DNA from: a virus
Lineage: Duplodnaviria; Caudoviricetes
DNA: 39,233 nt
Strand: one strand, 5' to 3'
IMG/VR virus record: IMGVR_UViG_3300022670_000191
Location: 1 to 39,233 of that record
Below, piece by piece: positions 34,754 through 39,233 of this stretch (position 1 is its first letter; every line of letters begins with the position of its first letter). The notes beneath the pieces were generated by a model that saw only the letters and a list, made by a program, of their open reading frames with translations, was not told where the DNA came from and did not search any database. The position numbers and the translations under genes were made by a program.

Positions 34754-35051
34754 CCGTCTTCTCCAATGGTGTTAATTCGAAACCCCTAGCCCTCAGTTCA
34801 GAATGTGTCAGGGATTGTTGAAAGCGGTATGTTGCTACATCATCGCTCAATTGTTCTATCAAGTTTGCTTGCGCTGCTGAATTAGCCTTAGCCTCTTTAG
34901 CATCATCAATAGCACGTTCTGCTCTTGACCATGAAATCATTGATGACACTACAGCAAGACTTACTAATAGCACCAAAAGACCTTCTAAGAAATACCGCTT
35001 TAGAAACCGTTCAAGAAGTCGATAAGCATTATCCTGTAGATCTTTTGCCAT
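34746..35051 (-). CDS. Single-TM membrane protein with coiled coil
   Basis: YFLEGLLVLLVSLAVVSSMISW. Confidence 0.6.
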   Translation of the reverse strand: MAKDLQDNAYRLLERFLKRYFLEGLLVLLVSLAVVSSMISWSRAERAIDDAKEAKANSAAQANLIEQLSDDVATYRFQQSLTHSELRARGFELTPLEKTDE

Positions 35052-35277
35052 TTAACTTGAGTATTTCCTTGACATCACTACTGGTTTCATCAAGCGTGAC
35101 TCTGATATGTTCTATGTTAGCTTCAACAACAGCAATCTTAACGTTCTGCTCGCTCTCGGTATCTTCGAGTATTTTTAGTCTTTTCAAGGTACCCATAATC
35201 CATTGAGTAATCAGCCAGCCAAGTATAACTAAAAGCGTCGCTCCTATCGCTATCTCTTGCGGTTCCATTATAAACAT
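35029..35277 (-). CDS. Single-TM coiled-coil protein (holin/XhlA-like architecture)
   Basis: IAIGATLLVILGWLITQWIMG followed by heptads. Confidence 0.55.
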   Translation of the reverse strand: MFIMEPQEIAIGATLLVILGWLITQWIMGTLKRLKILEDTESEQNVKIAVVEANIEHIRVTLDETSSDVKEILKLNGKRSTG

Positions 35278-35317
35278 AGTCCTGAGTGGTTTGATGGATT
35301 ATGCCACATTTGGGAAA

Positions 35318-35587
35318 TTATTCCTTATTCGCTTGTCGCTCAAGATAAGCCATAAAGAATTCGTCACGCTTGATCATGCGATTTTCCATGCTCGTAAGTT
35401 GCTGTTGGATTGCACCAATGGTGGCGGCATTCTCCGTTGCGTTCTCATCAGGAGCAATAAGCGCGGATGCGGCCACTTCTGCTGCATATAGGTCAGCAAC
35501 CTGTCCTTTCAAATACCACGGCACACCCCAAAGAACCATACCAACAAGTACCAGTACCGCTGTAGCGCCTCCAATCCATTTACTCAC
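35318..35587 (-). CDS. Single-TM membrane protein
   Basis: WIGGATAVLVLVGMVLWGVPWYL. Confidence 0.6.
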   Translation of the reverse strand: MSKWIGGATAVLVLVGMVLWGVPWYLKGQVADLYAAEVAASALIAPDENATENAATIGAIQQQLTSMENRMIKRDEFFMAYLERQANKE

Positions 35588-36215
35588 TGATAATCTCCCG
35601 ATAAGTCTCTAAGTCCTGTTGGGCTGTCTGTTGTTCCAGCTCTTTTTGCTGTTTTGCCACTACAGCCGCCGCATTGGCCCTCTGAGTCACTTTCCTTGTG
35701 TTATCCTCAGCCTTGCTTATCTGCTCCTCATAAGCTGCCATACGGGCATACAGAGCCTCGTAGCGATCATCGTCACGGTCTACTTTTGCCGGTTTCTCGA
35801 TATGTTTCATCTGGAACATTACAGCCTTTTCGCATTCTTTTGGATCTGGATAAATGGCTTTTATTGTCTCAGTAGTACACCTGACCTTAGCTGCAGCTGC
35901 ATGCGCGCCACGGGCATCCAGAGAATTAGCCATACACCAGGGGTTTTCTTGAACGGTCTGTTTGGCGAAGATAACGGGGATTCCCCATTGAGTGCTGGCA
36001 AGACAATCGTTTATATCAACGTCTCCCAGAGACTGAGAAACACCATAAGAACGACTACCCGCAATACTGGCTATATTGTCGCCGCCCGTTAGGACAGTAT
36101 CGACTGTGGTTTCTACTTCAACATCGGGGCCAGAACTCTCGGCAATCTTAAACACAACGACAACCATAAATATAGCAATAGCGACCATTAATAGAAGATT
36201 AGGTTTTTTCTTCAC
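35580..36215 (-). CDS. Membrane-anchored periplasmic protein with four Cys and a coiled coil
   Basis: KKKPN followed by hydrophobic anchor; Cys-containing core; helical C-terminus. Confidence 0.6.
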   Translation of the reverse strand: MKKKPNLLLMVAIAIFMVVVVFKIAESSGPDVEVETTVDTVLTGGDNIASIAGSRSYGVSQSLGDVDINDCLASTQWGIPVIFAKQTVQENPWCMANSLDARGAHAAAAKVRCTTETIKAIYPDPKECEKAVMFQMKHIEKPAKVDRDDDRYEALYARMAAYEEQISKAEDNTRKVTQRANAAAVVAKQQKELEQQTAQQDLETYREIISE

Positions 36216-36625
36216 AAAGATATCCCCATTACAAAAATTAGTGCATAAAGCCCGATTTTCTCAAAGAAGTTCCTTTTTCGTTCATCGTCCAGCATCTCCT
36301 GTTTCATCTCCGCTATGCGCCTTTGATGCTGACCAGCGTCTATAAGATTTCCAACAGCGTCCCGCATTTCCTTGATTTGGGTGATATGTTCGCTGGCGAT
36401 ATCATAATTCGCCATTGCACACTCACGCATGGCCTCTATACGTCCCTTTCCGATGTCATCCAAAGCAACGGGTTCAGGTAACTCATTACACGGTAGAGGC
36501 GTTTCTATGGCCTCTGAAGGGACTTCAATAGAGTCCCACGGATTAGCTGGAGGAGTCGCGCAGGCGAGAAGACTTCCAACCAGACACAACAGCAGCCAGT
36601 TGCGGGTCTTTTTTACCGATGACAT
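36212..36625 (-). CDS. Lipoprotein spanin (Rz1-position) with additional C-terminal TM segment
   Basis: MSSVKKTRNWLLLCLVGSLLA-C lipobox; Pro-rich linker; overlaps the 3' end of the Rz-like gene; C-terminal IGLYALIFVMGISL. Confidence 0.7.
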   Translation of the reverse strand: MSSVKKTRNWLLLCLVGSLLACATPPANPWDSIEVPSEAIETPLPCNELPEPVALDDIGKGRIEAMRECAMANYDIASEHITQIKEMRDAVGNLIDAGQHQRRIAEMKQEMLDDERKRNFFEKIGLYALIFVMGISL

Positions 36626-36869
36626 CAAGTTTTTTCCTTGCATTCTCTTTAGCCTCACGCGCTCTGTTGTTAGCCAATTTAGCTTGTGTCAGTGCTTGAC
36701 TAGCCTTGTGCACAGAGTCGAATACATCCTTTTCCTTCTCATCCACAGCCGTCTTACGCCACTTGTCAGCTTCGGCTTGTGATCTTGCCGCAGACAGTGC
36801 GGCCAAAGCCATACCAACGGCTAATATGCCAATCCAGATTGATGAAACTAAGCCCTTCAGCCAGTTCAT
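36543..36869 (-). CDS. Inner-membrane spanin (Rz-like)
   Basis: N-terminal TM plus helical periplasmic domain; overlapped by the lipoprotein gene. Confidence 0.65.
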   Translation of the reverse strand: MNWLKGLVSSIWIGILAVGMALAALSAARSQAEADKWRKTAVDEKEKDVFDSVHKASQALTQAKLANNRAREAKENARKKLDVIGKKDPQLAAVVSGWKSSRLRDSSS

Positions 36870-37087
36870 TATGGAATCAAGCCGCCTGAAATGGCACCGA
36901 CTTCGACATCCTTACCCCCGATGATATGCATGCCATCGTTTGAATTGATCTGTCTCTCAAAGCACAATATATGACCTCTTGGTATGTAAATGCCACGTAT
37001 GAATGTGTGATTACCAACTTTCAAAATAGTTTTCTTTTTCAGCAATACAGATAACTGAAGTTTGAGCCAGAAAAAGTAATCTTTCAT
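36869..37087 (-). CDS. Hypothetical protein within the lysis cassette
   Basis: SD GGAG; AT-rich. Confidence 0.45.
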   Translation of the reverse strand: MKDYFFWLKLQLSVLLKKKTILKVGNHTFIRGIYIPRGHILCFERQINSNDGMHIIGGKDVEVGAISGGLIP

Positions 37088-37088
37088 T

Positions 37089-37358
37089 TTATCTATCTCC
37101 CTTTGCCACGTCACCTAATGAGTTTGCAGCAACACCACCGAGAAACGCAGATGATAGCGTCAGTGCATCACCACTCAATAATCCAAGATAGACGCCACCA
37201 GCAGATGCAAATGTGAGGAACGTCTGATAAGGATGTCCAGCAAGGTAATTCCATAGACTAAATGTCTTATCAACCTGATACTTTTGCGCACCCTTTTTGA
37301 CAATGTGAACTAACACACCGGCCAATAATGCAATGATCGTTGGAATATACTCTTTCAT
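37089..37358 (-). CDS. Holin (2-3 TM)
   Basis: Hydrophobic helices; adjacent to endolysin; SD GGAGG. Confidence 0.65.
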   Translation of the reverse strand: MKEYIPTIIALLAGVLVHIVKKGAQKYQVDKTFSLWNYLAGHPYQTFLTFASAGGVYLGLLSGDALTLSSAFLGGVAANSLGDVAKGDR

Positions 37359-37810
37359 ATCAAATCCTCCATTCGGATTATACCGTTTACATATCGAACT
37401 TTACCGTCTTTTCGATAGGCTGTTAATTGTTCGCCTCTAAGTATATCGGCCACACCTAAATGCGTCCATCGGGAGAATTCTAAAATTACCTGATCGAATG
37501 GTAGTTCCATAGCCACAATCAATTCACAAACATCAAAGGGAGTCATTTTTGTTACACTGAAATCCACTGCATTGCCTTTTACATGGGCGCTTGTTTTAGA
37601 CCCACCGATGCGTGTATTAAGCTCTAACGGACGATATCCACTACTGATGTATATCGGGCCGGCTTCGTCACGCAACGGTTGTAAACAAGCTTTTACAAGG
37701 TTCCTGATATTGTCCACGACGATCTCAGGTGGATGCATATCAATACCGAAGCGTTCAGCGGTTTGGCTGACAGTGAATTCCGATAGAGTGAAGTTTTTAC
37801 TGAGTCTCAT
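37355..37810 (-). CDS. Endolysin, peptidase M15A (M15_3) family
   Basis: LSKNFTLSEF...ISSGYR...SAHVKGNAVDF...WTHLG; Zn ligands H-D-H. Confidence 0.9.
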   Translation of the reverse strand: MRLSKNFTLSEFTVSQTAERFGIDMHPPEIVVDNIRNLVKACLQPLRDEAGPIYISSGYRPLELNTRIGGSKTSAHVKGNAVDFSVTKMTPFDVCELIVAMELPFDQVILEFSRWTHLGVADILRGEQLTAYRKDGKVRYVNGIIRMEDLI

Positions 37811-39233
37811 GCGCCAGCCGAGTTATCTACACTAACGTCAACAAATCCCATCAGTCTCCATACGGAACTAGACGTACCACCAGTTTCACATATCCACATT
37901 GTTATATCTCCGCTTGCAGTCGTAATGTCAACACTACTTCCAATGAGTCTTGATGCAGTCGATGTATCATAAACTGTTGCACCCTTTGAAATGACTTCTA
38001 TTTTTTGGCCCGTATATCCGTTGTCAAACTGAGTTACAGTAACTCCGGTGGTTCCCGTAAAGAACTTGTCAAAAGCAGCTACATTAGGAGTTGTGTCTGA
38101 ATTAGTCCATGTATCAAAGTCATGCCCAAGGTTGTTTGATTGCTTAAAATTGGTCGGGAACGTAGCAAGTTCAATTGTTGAGTCAATATCAACCAGGTCA
38201 ACGCCTTCGACTATTAAGGATGTATTGGTAGCACCGGAATCAGACCGTATTCCCTTGGCTGTGGTTTCACCTGACTTTCTTGTTATCTTTGTTCCAGGTA
38301 ATACCACGCAATCAGACGTTCCCTGAAGAATAATCCCTGCGAAGGAATCTTCAACCTCTGTGATATTTGCTCTGATCTGGGCATCAGTGACATTGTTTAG
38401 CTTGAATCCTGCTTGCGCGTTACACGCAACATTGCCGCCACCAAATTTGAATCCGGTAATGTTCGTAAGGTCGGCAATTCGTTCGCCAGACTTTGTAGGG
38501 GCTGGACTATCAAGTCTTTCAAAGGTTAAACCAACTACATCTGAGGCTTGAATAATGTCTCTGATCGGCGTCCCTGTAACCTCGCAGATGCCAAGGTGAA
38601 CACCGACACCAGCCTCAAAGCGAAATGGAAAGACATTGGAGCCGTCTACCGTTCCTGAGAAATTAACATTGACTTGACCCACACTGATGTTTTTGAATAA
38701 GTTGGTAACAGAATGGCCGGTAATATCTAAATAACAAATACCAGAACGCTTGGCGGCGAAATCTCCGGCTATCTTACCGACACTGATGTTTTTTAGTTCT
38801 TCTGTAGGGTCGCCAAATCCTGCTGTGACACCGTTGCGAGATTGAACGATCCTTAATGCATTACTATTGCTATTGCCATTGATAGAATCAATTGTGATGC
38901 CATCTCCAGCTAAATTTGTATTACTGCCGAGAACAACTAAATCGTCATCAGAGCCTCCATTAACTCTGCCAACAGTGACGTTTTTCCACGCGATAATATG
39001 CAAGGCATCGTTTGATACGTTGGCACCGCCTTCTGCAACGTTGAATTGCAGCCACGGAATATCGAAATCTTCAATCCATAAAACCGTACACCATTCTGAT
39101 CGCTGCGTCTTAAAGGTAGTTTGCAGTGAACCACCACGAACGGCAATCAGGGCAATATGCGTTCCACGATAGGTCACAGGATCATCGTCTAAGTGACCCC
39201 ACTGACCACCACTAATACGGATGTCGGTGTCAA
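37807..39233 (-). CDS. Tailspike / beta-helix depolymerase, C-terminal part
   Basis: Beta-helix-like rungs (KNVTVGRVNGGSDDDLVVL, KNISVGKI, KNISVGQV); in frame with 1..637. Confidence 0.85.
   Translation of the reverse strand, partial: DTDIRISGGQWGHLDDDPVTYRGTHIALIAVRGGSLQTTFKTQRSEWCTVLWIEDFDIPWLQFNVAEGGANVSNDALHIIAWKNVTVGRVNGGSDDDLVVLGSNTNLAGDGITIDSINGNSNSNALRIVQSRNGVTAGFGDPTEELKNISVGKIAGDFAAKRSGICYLDITGHSVTNLFKNISVGQVNVNFSGTVDGSNVFPFRFEAGVGVHLGICEVTGTPIRDIIQASDVVGLTFERLDSPAPTKSGERIADLTNITGFKFGGGNVACNAQAGFKLNNVTDAQIRANITEVEDSFAGIILQGTSDCVVLPGTKITRKSGETTAKGIRSDSGATNTSLIVEGVDLVDIDSTIELATFPTNFKQSNNLGHDFDTWTNSDTTPNVAAFDKFFTGTTGVTVTQFDNGYTGQKIEVISKGATVYDTSTASRLIGSSVDITTASGDITMWICETGGTSSSVWRLMGFVDVSVDNSAGA
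39090..39233 (+). repeat. Terminal direct repeat, right copy (circular assembly overlap)
   Basis: Identical to 1-144 and lies inside a CDS that stays in frame across the junction. Confidence 0.97.

Larger units (their letters stand above)
1..39233. mobile_element. Complete circular P22-like podovirus genome, probably lytic, unit length 39,089 bp
   Basis: 144-bp terminal direct repeat; full set of packaging, head, ejection, tail and lysis genes in P22-like order; no host genes and no integrase seen. Confidence 0.93.

Noticed and set aside
39090-39233. 144-bp repeat as a physical terminal repeat of the virion DNA
   Set aside because: It falls mid-gene in the tailspike, which suits an assembly overlap of a circularly permuted genome. 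Read data would be needed to say otherwise.
1-39233. tRNA genes and stop-codon reassignment
   Set aside because: No cloverleaf or TTCGA-arm context was recognised by eye, and the major genes are intact in the standard code. tRNAscan-SE would confirm.

Overview
This window is an apparently complete, circular podovirus-type phage genome. Its unit length is 39,089 bp: bases 39090-39233 repeat bases 1-144, and a 639-aa tailspike gene runs across the junction. The minus strand carries a P22-like morphogenesis operon: TerS, TerL, portal, scaffold, coat, gp4, gp10, a needle-slot protein, gp14, three ejection proteins and several receptor-binding proteins. That operon is followed by an expanded, membrane-protein-rich lysis cassette with an M15 peptidase, a holin and spanin-like genes, which implies a Gram-negative host. 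An extra five-gene fibre/enzyme-like module sits upstream of the terminase. Overlapping divergent sigma70-type promoters at about 31.4 kb drive a cro-like/nin-like leftward operon and a rightward operon with a single-strand annealing protein and an SSB-like protein. I recognise no CI repressor, integrase, Q antiterminator, replication initiator, primase, helicase or polymerase. The best candidate for a novel system is at 27.56-28.3 kb, where lambdoid phages carry oop-O-P. This region holds a roughly 450-nt densely base-paired minus-strand element, preceded by an OOP/RNA I-like antisense small RNA unit and followed by a GIY-YIG/T5orf172-type nuclease gene. I hypothesise an RNA-based replication or origin module, or otherwise a new large ncRNA class. 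All family calls come from motif recognition by eye; no searches or folding programs were run.
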